NCBI GenBank assembly: GCA_964579815.1
Contig: CAZOHP010000004.1
Coordinates: 1-34,892, forward strand
Direction: 5' to 3'
DNA from: an uncultured Lachnospiraceae bacterium
Lineage (GTDB): Bacteria; Bacillota; Clostridia; Oscillospirales; CAG-272
Length of the DNA stretch: 34,892 nucleotides
In this document: positions 1 to 10,664 of the stretch, piece by piece
Layout: every line of letters starts with the position of its first letter
How positions within the stretch are numbered: position 1 is the stretch's first letter
Translations under genes and position numbers: made by a program
The notes under the pieces: generated by a model
Told to the model about the DNA's origin: nothing
The model's input: only the letters and a program-made list of their open reading frames with translations
The model's database searches: none

Positions 1-2
1 CA

Positions 3-2604
<2,602 letters not shown>

Positions 2605-2614
2605 CTACCATAAT

Positions 2615-2643
2615 ATTTTACCAAATTTTGCTCGGATTGTCAA
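2615..2643 (-). promoter_or_regulatory. SigA-type promoter for ligA
   Basis: Minus strand reads TTGACA (2643-2638), 17 nt, TAAAAT (2620-2615), with an extended TGn. Confidence 0.7.
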
Positions 2644-2787
2644 TCGCAGTGCTGTTTTTTAAGGATAATAAAACAAAAATTTTCTAAAACATATTCCGAA
2701 TTTGAATTTTCCGTGAAAATGAAGAACATTATTGTTTGTGCAGTTTTGACAAACTTTATCAAATGATATAAATTTTAATATAATGTA

Positions 2788-2816
2788 TTTACAAACAGCG
2801 AAAAATGTGCTATATT
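2788..2816 (+). promoter_or_regulatory. SigA-type promoter for hpf
   Basis: TTTACA (2788-2793), 17 nt, TATATT (2811-2816), with an extended TGn. A second TTGACA lies at 2746. Confidence 0.55.
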
Positions 2817-2889
2817 AAATATGCGATCCGAGATCGCGGAAACTGACACCTGCTATGCAGCGGAGAAAACGAAACAAGGAGGAAACACC

Positions 2890-3414
2890 ATGAAGTTGAA
2901 CGTAGTCGGCAGACAGATGAATGTGTTCGAAGAAACCAAGGCACAAATTGCCAAAAAAATTGCAAAATTCGACAAATTTTTCCCTGTAGAGGGAGATGCG
3001 ACGGTTGCGCTATCGCGCAAGCATGGCGCTTCCAGAATTGAGTTGACCATCAATGCCGGAGGTACTGTGTTCCGCGCCGAACAAGATGCCGACGATTTTC
3101 GCGAGGCACTTGATCGGTGTGTGGAGGTTATCGAGCGGCAGATTCGAAAAAATAAGACCAGACTTGCCAAACGTTTGCGTGAGACGATCCCGGATGATGA
3201 ATTTTTTGCCATTGAGGACGAAGATCCGGAAACAGTCGTTCGTACAAAAGAAATTGTACTCAAGCCCATGTCGGTTGAGGAAGCTATTTTGCAAATGAAT
3301 TTACTGGGGCATAATTTTTTCGTTTTTCGCGATGATACCGATTCCGCGCACCGAGTGTGTGTTGTCTATGCCAGACGTGACGGAAATTACGGGGTGCTTA
3401 TCCCGCAAGAGTAA
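2890..3414 (+). CDS. hpf: Ribosome hibernation promoting factor, long form (RaiA/HPF)
   Basis: S30AE-like N domain (IERQIRKNKTRL) plus C-terminal dimerisation domain (KPMSVEEAILQMNLLGHNFFVF...VVYARRDGNYG). Start set at ATG 2890 after SD AAGGAGG. Confidence 0.95.
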   Translation: MKLNVVGRQMNVFEETKAQIAKKIAKFDKFFPVEGDATVALSRKHGASRIELTINAGGTVFRAEQDADDFREALDRCVEVIERQIRKNKTRLAKRLRETIPDDEFFAIEDEDPETVVRTKEIVLKPMSVEEAILQMNLLGHNFFVFRDDTDSAHRVCVVYARRDGNYGVLIPQE

Positions 3415-3433
3415 TATTTGAAAGATTATTTTT

Positions 3434-3463
3434 GGGCAGACGACACATAAGTGCCGTCTGCCC
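3434..3463. terminator. Hairpin after hpf, probable terminator
   Basis: GGGCAGACG-ACAC-ATAA-GTGC-CGTCTGCCC inverted repeat. The U-tract is weak. Confidence 0.55.
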
Positions 3464-3514
3464 GTGATATTTGTTGGTCAAGGATTACGAAAATGAAAAT
3501 TTTATCAAAAGTTC

Positions 3515-3543
3515 TTGCATTTTTACATAAAATGTGATAAAAT
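3515..3543 (+). promoter_or_regulatory. SigA-type promoter for asd
   Basis: TTGCAT (3515-3520), 17 nt, TAAAAT (3538-3543), with an extended TGn. Confidence 0.6.
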
Positions 3544-3589
3544 ATTTACAACATTTTTCATTGAATTTATTCCGAAAAGGAGAACAATC

Positions 3590-4666
3590 ATGAGCAAAAA
3601 AAAAGTCGGTATCGTAGGCGCAACCGGGATGGTCGGTCAGCGTTTCCTTACCTTGCTGGAAAATCACCCTTATTTTGAGGTTACCGCTTTGGCGGCATCT
3701 GCGCGCAGCGCGGGCAAGAGTTACGGCGAAGCCGTAGGCGACCGTTGGAAAATGACCACCCCCATGCCTGAAATTTATCGTCAGATGCTCGTGTACGATG
3801 CAACCGATATTGCTAAAATGGCAGAGTTGGTTGATTTTGTCTTCTGTGCCGTTGACATGAAAAAAGATGAGATCCGTGCATTGGAAGAAGCCTATGCCAA
3901 AGCGGAAATTCCGGTTGTTTCCAATAATTCCGCTCATCGTTGGACGCCCGATGTTCCTATGGTCATTCCGGAAATTAACGATGAACATTACGAGGTTATC
4001 GAAGCACAAAAGAAGAGACTGGGCACCAAACGCGGTTTTATCGCCGTTAAACCGAACTGTTCTATCCAATCCTATGTTCCCGCGCTGACGCCGTTGCGCA
4101 AATATGGCATTCAAGAGGTTGTTGCAACCACATATCAAGCGATTTCCGGTGCCGGCAAAACATTCAAGGATTGGCCCGAGATGATCGACAACATCATCCC
4201 CTACATCGGCGGTGAGGAAGAGAAGAGCGAGCAGGAACCGTTGCGTGTTTGGGGCACGGTCAAGAACGGTGAAATCGTTAAAGCGGATGCTCCGCTCATT
4301 ACGACCCAATGTATCCGTGTGCCTGTCTCGGATGGCCATACAGCGGCAGTGTTTGTCAGATTTGAAAACAAGCCGACAAAAGAAGAAATTCTTGAGGCTT
4401 GGGAAAGTTTCAGCGGCAAGCCACAAAAGTTAGGATTGCCTCATGCGCCTGAAAAGTTCATCACTTATTTTGAAGACGATAACCGTCCTCAAGCCAAACT
4501 TGACCGCGATATTTACGGCGGTATGGGCGTGACGGTCGGCAGATTGCGTGAAGATACATTGTTTGATTATAAATTCGTGTGTCTGTCGCACAATACACTC
4601 CGCGGTGCAGCGGGCGGTGCCGTGCTCAATGCCGAGTTGCTTTACAAGTTGGGCTATTTTGATTAA
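3590..4666 (+). CDS. asd: Aspartate-semialdehyde dehydrogenase
   Basis: GIVGATGMVGQRF Rossmann motif, KPNCS catalytic Cys, YQAISGAG, CIRVPVSDGH, HNTLRGAAG. SD AAGGAG before ATG 3590. Confidence 0.97.
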   Translation: MSKKKVGIVGATGMVGQRFLTLLENHPYFEVTALAASARSAGKSYGEAVGDRWKMTTPMPEIYRQMLVYDATDIAKMAELVDFVFCAVDMKKDEIRALEEAYAKAEIPVVSNNSAHRWTPDVPMVIPEINDEHYEVIEAQKKRLGTKRGFIAVKPNCSIQSYVPALTPLRKYGIQEVVATTYQAISGAGKTFKDWPEMIDNIIPYIGGEEEKSEQEPLRVWGTVKNGEIVKADAPLITTQCIRVPVSDGHTAAVFVRFENKPTKEEILEAWESFSGKPQKLGLPHAPEKFITYFEDDNRPQAKLDRDIYGGMGVTVGRLREDTLFDYKFVCLSHNTLRGAAGGAVLNAELLYKLGYFD

Positions 4667-4682
4667 ATAAGGGGATGGATTT

Positions 4683-5483
4683 ATGAGATACACCGTTGAT
4701 AACGATTTGCACATTCATTCGCAATTATCGCTTTGTTCGAATGACCCGAATCAAAGCCCCGAGCGCATTTTGCGTTATGCTATCGAAAACGGCTTAAAAA
4801 CAGTATGTTTAACTGATCACTTTTGGGATGAGTCAATTCCGTTGAGCGGCGTCTCTCCTTTTTACCAAGTCCAGAACTATGAGCATGTATCATCATCCTT
4901 TCCGTTGCCGCAGAGCGACGATGTTCGATTCCTTTTCGGTTGTGAAACCGAACTTGGTCAAAACTTGACTTTAGGTATATCAAAAGAAAAATTTGGTTTA
5001 TTTGATTTTATCGTCATTCCGACTACCCATTTTCATATGGTTGACTTTACCGTGTCAAAAGACGATCTGACAGATGCAGTAAGCAGAGCCAATACATGGA
5101 TTCGGCGTTTGGACGCCTTGCTTGAGATGGATTTGCCTTTTCACAAAATAGGAATTGCACATTTGACTTGCAGTTTGATTGCCCCCTCCAGGGAAGAATA
5201 TATTGAAGTCCTGCGGCAAATCCCGGTGGAAGAAATGAACAGACTGTTTTGCAAAGCGGCACAGTTTGGCGTTGGAATTGAACTGAATTCGTTCGATATG
5301 GTTTTCTCGGACGAAGAAGCCGAAGTTGTTTTAAAACCTTATAGAATTGCAAAACAATGCGGTTGTAAGTTTTATTGCGGAAGTGACGCGCATCACCCCG
5401 AGGATTTGAATAGAGCAAAAGCAATTTTGGAAAAAGCCGTTGACTTGTTGGAATTAACAAATGAAGATAAATTTGTGATTTGA
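4683..5483 (+). CDS. PHP-family metal-dependent phosphoesterase (HisJ/YcdX-like)
   Basis: PHP motifs DLHIHS, LTDH, GCE, IAH and GSDAHH. It lies 16 bp after asd and has its own SD. Confidence 0.85.
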   Translation: MRYTVDNDLHIHSQLSLCSNDPNQSPERILRYAIENGLKTVCLTDHFWDESIPLSGVSPFYQVQNYEHVSSSFPLPQSDDVRFLFGCETELGQNLTLGISKEKFGLFDFIVIPTTHFHMVDFTVSKDDLTDAVSRANTWIRRLDALLEMDLPFHKIGIAHLTCSLIAPSREEYIEVLRQIPVEEMNRLFCKAAQFGVGIELNSFDMVFSDEEAEVVLKPYRIAKQCGCKFYCGSDAHHPEDLNRAKAILEKAVDLLELTNEDKFVI

Positions 5484-5490
5484 AGATCAA

Positions 5491-5535
5491 GAGGGCACCG
5501 TCAATGAGCGGTGCCCTTGCTTTACGTACTTTTAC
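5491..5535 (+). terminator. Intrinsic terminator after the PHP gene
   Basis: AGGGCACCG / CGGTGCCCT stem followed by a T-rich tract. Confidence 0.7.
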
Positions 5536-5580
5536 GTGAATAAAATTTATCATCACATGGAAAAATTTTCGAAAAAGGGG

Positions 5581-5609
5581 TTGACAAATCCAAATTTTTT
5601 TGATATAAT
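5581..5609 (+). promoter_or_regulatory. Consensus SigA promoter for tRNA-Tyr
   Basis: TTGACA (5581-5586), 17 nt, TATAAT (5604-5609), with TGn and an upstream A-rich tract. Confidence 0.9.
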
Positions 5610-5631
5610 AAACACTGTTGTGATACGACAT

Positions 5632-5716
5632 GGGAGCGTTCCCGAGCGGCCAAAGGGGGCAGACTGTAAATCTGTTGTCACTGACTTCGGTGGTCCGAAT
5701 CCACCCGCTCCCACCA
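5632..5716 (+). tRNA. tRNA-Tyr (anticodon GTA)
   Basis: Acceptor stem GGGAGCG/CGCTCCC plus A-CCA. Anticodon arm GCAGA-CTGTAAA-TCTGT, long variable arm, T-stem GGTGG/CCACC. Confidence 0.97.
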
Positions 5717-5736
5717 ATATTGAAACGGAACGTTAT

Positions 5737-5770
5737 TAAGGGTGTTGAAGCATTGTTTTTGACACCCTTA
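5737..5770 (+). terminator. Hairpin after tRNA-Tyr, probable terminator
   Basis: TAAGGGTGT / ACACCCTTA inverted repeat, extendable with G-U pairs. Confidence 0.6.
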
Positions 5771-5820
5771 TAAGTATATATTCGCACTTAAAATTATTCG
5801 TTTTGTGTGGTGAAAATAAA

Positions 5821-6801
5821 ATGATTGACAACAACAAGTTACAAAAAGTATACGAACAACTAAGAGTGCCGTACAAGTACGGGGTGGTTCTTAAAAGAGA
5901 TGGGTTCTACTATGATAGCCCCGTAGTGTTTAAGCACAAGGGAAAGTTTTATCTGACCTGCGTAGAAATAGATGCGAAATGCACCACCGGGTACAAAACG
6001 AAACTTTTTACTTCCGACAATTTACTCGATTGGAAAGAAATCGGTTACATACTTACGGAAAACAACGGCTGGGATTGCGCGCAAACAGGTGGCTATGCGC
6101 AGTTTATCGATCATAAATTCGGCGCAAGTAATGAGATTATAAAAATCGGCGAAAATTATTTATTGGCATACATAGGCGGGGCACATTGCGGTTACGAGAC
6201 CGACCCTCTTTGGATCGGGTTGGCAACCTGTTATGACATCGAAAATTTGCAAACTTACAAAAAGTTGCAAAATCCCATTTTGACAACGATCGACAAAGAT
6301 TGTCGTATGGGAGAAAGCACAACGCTGTTCAAGCCGGATATGTTTATTGACGAAAAGCGTACCATCGGACATCCTTACGTTATGGCGTACAATGCAAAAG
6401 GTCCCACTAGAAGAGAGAGTATATTTTTGGCTGTTTCCGATGACGGTTACACTTGGCAGCGCTACGGCAACAGGGCAATCATTGCCGTGGAAGATTGCTC
6501 TCCGCAAACAGTGATAAACGGTGATCCGCAAATTGTGGAAATGGATGGGTTGTACGTAATGCTTTATTTTATGTATGACGGCAAAAATGCTTGGAATACG
6601 TTTGCGGTTTCGCAAGATTTAATACATTGGGAGAAATGGCAAGGTCAACCTTTGGTGAAAAGCGAGTATGCGTGGGAAAATGTGTATGCACACAAGCAAT
6701 GGGTGATTAAGGAAAACGGTCAAGTGTATCATTTTTATTGTGCAGTAAATGATAGAAACGAAAGATATATTGCTTTGGCTACGCAGAAAGAAATAAAATA
6801 A
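5821..6801 (+). CDS. Five-bladed beta-propeller glycoside hydrolase-like protein (GH32/GH43/GH130-like)
   Basis: DSPVVF, repeated SxDxxxW Asp-box-like motifs (SDNLLDW, SDDGYTW, SQDLIHW), GDPQI and a C-terminal IALATQ. No signal peptide. Confidence 0.75.
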   Translation: MIDNNKLQKVYEQLRVPYKYGVVLKRDGFYYDSPVVFKHKGKFYLTCVEIDAKCTTGYKTKLFTSDNLLDWKEIGYILTENNGWDCAQTGGYAQFIDHKFGASNEIIKIGENYLLAYIGGAHCGYETDPLWIGLATCYDIENLQTYKKLQNPILTTIDKDCRMGESTTLFKPDMFIDEKRTIGHPYVMAYNAKGPTRRESIFLAVSDDGYTWQRYGNRAIIAVEDCSPQTVINGDPQIVEMDGLYVMLYFMYDGKNAWNTFAVSQDLIHWEKWQGQPLVKSEYAWENVYAHKQWVIKENGQVYHFYCAVNDRNERYIALATQKEIK

Positions 6802-6843
6802 TTGCAATTTCACTTTAAACAATAATGCCAAAAGCAATAAAGC

Positions 6844-6894
6844 AAAATCCTATGGTGCCGTCGAGAAAAAACTCTCGACGCACCATAGGATTTT
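6844..6894. terminator. Bidirectional terminator between the convergent GH and xer genes
   Basis: Long stem AAAATCCTATGGTGC-C-GTCGAGA / TCTCGAC-GCACCATAGGATTTT with A/T tracts on both sides. Confidence 0.85.
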
Positions 6895-7929
6895 TTATTC
6901 AAGATCATCCGTTTCGGAAATCTTTGGCAACGGCTTGGCCGCGCTGGATAGAGGGTTCATTTCCATCGCTTTTTCCATATGCTCATCACTGACATGTGTA
7001 TAAATCTGTGTGGTATTCAGTTGCTCATGGCCGAGTATGTCCTTGAGCACACGCACGTCGACCTTGCCGGATTGATACATTAACGTCGCGGCGGTGTGTC
7101 GTAACTTATGCACCGAATAATGTTTGGCCTCAAGCCCCGCCATTGCAAGATATTTGTAAACGATATGTTGCACGGTTTTGACACTGATCTGTTCGTCACG
7201 ATTGGAAAGAAAAAGCGCCTTGGTATTTATGTTAGCGTAACGTGGGCTCGTACGCTCTTGAAGGAGGGGAACGAGTACGGCACGGCATGCCTCATTCAGA
7301 TATATAATGCGTTCTTTGCTGCCTTTGCCGATCACGCGTAACGAACGTAACTCCGGATCCAAATCATTTAAACGAATGCCGACCAATTCAGACAGACGCA
7401 TACCGCAGTTGAGAAACAGTGTCAGCATTGCATAGTCACGCACACGGTTTTTGGACTCAACATCGTTACGAACACAGTCGAGTAGGGAAATGCTTTCTTC
7501 CAGTGTTAAAAATTTAGGCAGCGTCTTTTTTTGCTTGGGAGATTCAATGTTTTGTGCGGGATTGTTTTCAAAATAATTGCGTTTATTAACTAAATATTTG
7601 TATAGCCCTTTGATTGAAGATAACTTACGCGCCTTCGCCGCCGATTGATTGGCACGCGTATTTCCTGTGTACATGAGAAAATCATAGATCTGTGCCGTTG
7701 TAATGGCGGATATGCGCTTTAAATCCATCGTTCGTATATCAATCTCGGAAAATTCATCGGATTCCGGATCAATGCCATATTCCTTGGCAAGTAAAAATCG
7801 AAAAAAGGTACGTAAATCAAGCAAATATTGATCCACAGTTTTGGCGGAACAGCCCTGAATACCGAGTTTATATGAGGCAAATTCCTGCACGATGTCCGAA
7901 AACTCTGTAACCGATATTTCTTTTCCCAT
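6895..7929 (-). CDS. xerC: Tyrosine recombinase, XerC-like
   Basis: Catalytic R (CGMRLSEL), K (GKGSKER), HKLRH, LGH and Y (TTQIYTH), plus an N-terminal SAM-like domain. Start set at ATG 7929 after SD AAGGAG. Confidence 0.9.
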   Translation of the reverse strand: MGKEISVTEFSDIVQEFASYKLGIQGCSAKTVDQYLLDLRTFFRFLLAKEYGIDPESDEFSEIDIRTMDLKRISAITTAQIYDFLMYTGNTRANQSAAKARKLSSIKGLYKYLVNKRNYFENNPAQNIESPKQKKTLPKFLTLEESISLLDCVRNDVESKNRVRDYAMLTLFLNCGMRLSELVGIRLNDLDPELRSLRVIGKGSKERIIYLNEACRAVLVPLLQERTSPRYANINTKALFLSNRDEQISVKTVQHIVYKYLAMAGLEAKHYSVHKLRHTAATLMYQSGKVDVRVLKDILGHEQLNTTQIYTHVSDEHMEKAMEMNPLSSAAKPLPKISETDDLE

Positions 7930-7973
7930 ATTCTTACTCCTTTTTTGATTTTTTTTGCTTGAAAAGCGTATTT

Positions 7974-8702
7974 TCAAATCCATTGGATAGGCTTACAGTT
8001 ATGCGCTGTCAGATAATGATTAGTGGCAGAGAATGGATGTGATCCCCAAAAGCCTCGCCAAGCAGAGAGCGGACTCGGATGCTCTGATTCAAGTACCAGA
8101 TGATCGGGATTATTTAATAATTTCTTTTTGGCGCGAGCATCTTTGCCCCAAAGAATAAATGCCACGGGAAAGGATGCCGCATTCAATTCACGCAAAACAG
8201 CATCGGTTACATTTTCCCATCCGAAACCTCGATGCCCACCGGCCAGCCCGCGGGGAACCGTTAATACACTATTGAGTAAAAGCACTCCTTGATGTGCCCA
8301 TCCGATGAGATTTCCCGATAATGGAATATTATTTTCCGGCAAACCGAGATCTGCGCATATTTCTTTGTAAATGTTGCGAAGAGATGGGGGAAGACGCACA
8401 CCGTCCGGGACGGAAAAACTCAGCCCATGTGCTTGACCCGGCTCATGATAAGGATCTTGGCCCAGAATCACCACTCGAACTTGATCAAACGGAGTTTCGC
8501 GGAAAGCGCGAAATAAATGTTCCGACGGCGGATATATTTCATTGTTTTGATACGCAGTACGCACAAATTGAATCAACGCCGCCGCCTCCGGGGAAGCAGC
8601 ACGGTTTCGGATATCATCCCACAAATAACGCCGGAAAAAGCGTTCCCATCCAATCGGAATCTGAAATGCGGCATCGCCGGGTAAATTCAAGCAAGTATTC
8701 AT
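7974..8702 (-). CDS. ung: Uracil-DNA glycosylase family 1
   Basis: GQDPYH, PPSLRNIY, QGVLLLN and HPSPLS motifs. SD GAGGA before ATG 8702. Confidence 0.96.
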   Translation of the reverse strand: MNTCLNLPGDAAFQIPIGWERFFRRYLWDDIRNRAASPEAAALIQFVRTAYQNNEIYPPSEHLFRAFRETPFDQVRVVILGQDPYHEPGQAHGLSFSVPDGVRLPPSLRNIYKEICADLGLPENNIPLSGNLIGWAHQGVLLLNSVLTVPRGLAGGHRGFGWENVTDAVLRELNAASFPVAFILWGKDARAKKKLLNNPDHLVLESEHPSPLSAWRGFWGSHPFSATNHYLTAHNCKPIQWI

Positions 8703-8784
8703 ATCTTTAGTCCTCAAAAGGGAAAAATAATAAAGAAATAACGGGGCTTAGAGAATATTCCCGATGTTCTGAGCAATAGATGCA

Positions 8785-8816
8785 AAATTATACAAAATGC
8801 AAATTTTGTATAATTT
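8785..8816. repeat. Perfect AT-rich palindrome (candidate dif site or operator)
   Basis: AAATTATACAAAAT-GCAA-ATTTTGTATAATTT: perfect 14-bp arms in the aroA-ung gap. Function is inferred. Confidence 0.6.
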
Positions 8817-8836
8817 GAGGAACGATCAAAGCAGAG

Positions 8837-10228
8837 TTACCACCCAAATGCATCAATTTCAAGTCCCAACTCTTGCAAACACTGATAGAAATTCGGAAAA
8901 CTTTTATTAACCGCCGCAGCATGGTCGATTGTCGCTTTTCCAACGACGCTTGCCAGCACGGCCAAACTCATTACGATGCGGTGGTCGTTGTGTCCCAAAA
9001 GCACTTCTTTTGCAGGATGCAAACCGTTTTTGGGAGCCGTGATGAAAACCCATCCGCCGCATCCATCATTTTCGTCGAGGTTGTTCGGATTATGCGGAAG
9101 CAATGCTCGAATTTCAGGTGCCACATCGCATTGAGGCTCATCCGAGGTGACAACAACGGCACCAAATTTGGCAAGTTCGGCGGCCATGGCCGCCACACGG
9201 TCGCTTTCTTTCAGTCGCAGACGATCCGTATGTGTAAAGAGCGTCCCCTTTTCCAAGGCCGCGACAGCAAACAGGATGGGACCGAGATCCGGACAATCGG
9301 CAAGCGAGATAACCGGAATCGCATCATTGTCTCGCTTGCGAATTTTGTCTAAAAGTTGAGGACATACGCTGTCTCCTTGAAAAATGTCATCCTCGGCGCT
9401 GACATTGACAATGTCCACATGACCACCAACGGCATTGAGAGCGTGAAAAAACGCAGCCCCGGAGGCGTCGCCGTCGACAACGATCTCTGCAGGAGAATAT
9501 ATCTGTCCACCCGGAACTTTAATTGTGGTTTCATTTTCCCAATAAACTGTAACACCGAAATTTTTCATAACGGCAATGGTCATATCGATATAAGAGCGGC
9601 TTTCGGGTGCTTGGCTGAGAACAATGGTACTGTCCTCGTGTAATATGGGCAAAATAAATAACAGTCCTGTTACAAATTGACTGCTGGTTTTGCCCTCCAA
9701 GTGAAATTCACCGCCGGTGACCGCTGTTCCCCAGCCAATATCCAAACTGATCTCTCCCCGTATCCAACTGCGGTTGGAAAACAGTTCACGGTAGTCATCC
9801 AACGGGCGTTGCAACAGACGTGGGCTCCCCGTCAAGGTGCGTCCCGAGTCAGTTAAAAGACAAAGCGGCAACATAAATCGCATCGTGCTGCCGCTTTCGC
9901 GACAACGCAAAATTCCACCGCCGCGATCACCGTTGAGCCAATGTCCCCCCATGCCCTCTATGATCACCTTGCGTGTGTGTGTTTCAAATTCATCTATTTG
10001 GCGGAAATGAACGCCTAACGCCTCCAAACAATCCAAAGTTGCATCGATATCCTCGTTGTAAGGAACTCTGCTGATGACGCTCAAAGACGGTTTATCGGCA
10101 AGCGCCGCGCAAATCAGCGCACGGTGCGCAATGCTTTTTGATGTTGGAATTCGGACTTTTCCGTGAGCATGTCCTTTCCACACTGTTACAAAAGTGTCTT
10201 TTACCGTTTCAAATTTTCGTATTGACAT
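8837..10228 (-). CDS. aroA: 3-phosphoshikimate 1-carboxyvinyltransferase (EPSP synthase)
   Basis: SKSIAHR, ESGSTMRF, SSQFVTG, LRLKESDR, HNDHRIVM and KSFPNF motifs. Confidence 0.95.
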   Translation of the reverse strand: MSIRKFETVKDTFVTVWKGHAHGKVRIPTSKSIAHRALICAALADKPSLSVISRVPYNEDIDATLDCLEALGVHFRQIDEFETHTRKVIIEGMGGHWLNGDRGGGILRCRESGSTMRFMLPLCLLTDSGRTLTGSPRLLQRPLDDYRELFSNRSWIRGEISLDIGWGTAVTGGEFHLEGKTSSQFVTGLLFILPILHEDSTIVLSQAPESRSYIDMTIAVMKNFGVTVYWENETTIKVPGGQIYSPAEIVVDGDASGAAFFHALNAVGGHVDIVNVSAEDDIFQGDSVCPQLLDKIRKRDNDAIPVISLADCPDLGPILFAVAALEKGTLFTHTDRLRLKESDRVAAMAAELAKFGAVVVTSDEPQCDVAPEIRALLPHNPNNLDENDGCGGWVFITAPKNGLHPAKEVLLGHNDHRIVMSLAVLASVVGKATIDHAAAVNKSFPNFYQCLQELGLEIDAFGW

Positions 10229-10664
10229 GGTGCATCAAATACTCCGTTAATATATCCATCGCTTCCAAATACCCGTTTGTTCCACGGCCAGCAACAGTTG
10301 CAATGCACGCTGTTCGGATGTAACTGATATGTCGGAAAGACTCTCTGGTATCCGGATCGGAAATATGAATTTCCACTGTGGGAAGTTTGGTCGCTTTGAG
10401 TGCATCAAGCAGTGCGACACTCGTATGCGTATAGGCTCCTGGGTTGATTATGATACCATCTGTTTGATTAAAAAACGCATTGTGTATCTCATCAACCAAC
10501 ACGCCTTCGTGATTGGATTGCACGCATTTTACTTCAATTCCGAGTTCACAGGCGTGCGCATTGATCTTGTCAAGCAACATTGTATAGGTTTCGGCGCCGT
10601 ATATATTCGGCTCGCGAACGCCGAGGAGATTTAGGTTAGGCCCGTTCATGACCAATATTTTCAT
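10209..10664 (-). CDS. aroQ: Type II 3-dehydroquinate dehydratase
   Basis: NGPNLNLLGVREPNIYG, QSNHEG, IINPGAYTHTS and EIHIS motifs. Confidence 0.97.
   Translation of the reverse strand: MKILVMNGPNLNLLGVREPNIYGAETYTMLLDKINAHACELGIEVKCVQSNHEGVLVDEIHNAFFNQTDGIIINPGAYTHTSVALLDALKATKLPTVEIHISDPDTRESFRHISYIRTACIATVAGRGTNGYLEAMDILTEYLMHHVNTKI

Noticed and set aside
3520-3547. XerD-arm-like sequence TTTTTACATAA as a classical dif site
   Set aside because: There is no matching second arm, and it lies within the spacer of the asd promoter.
5047-5787. 246-aa minus-strand ORF
   Set aside because: It overlaps the PHP gene and tRNA-Tyr in antisense and has no protein-like features.
5632-7929. tRNA-anchored integrative element (tRNA-Tyr, cargo gene, tyrosine recombinase)
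   Set aside because: No duplicate of the tRNA 3' end (att) was found. The recombinase looks like housekeeping XerC and follows ung directly.
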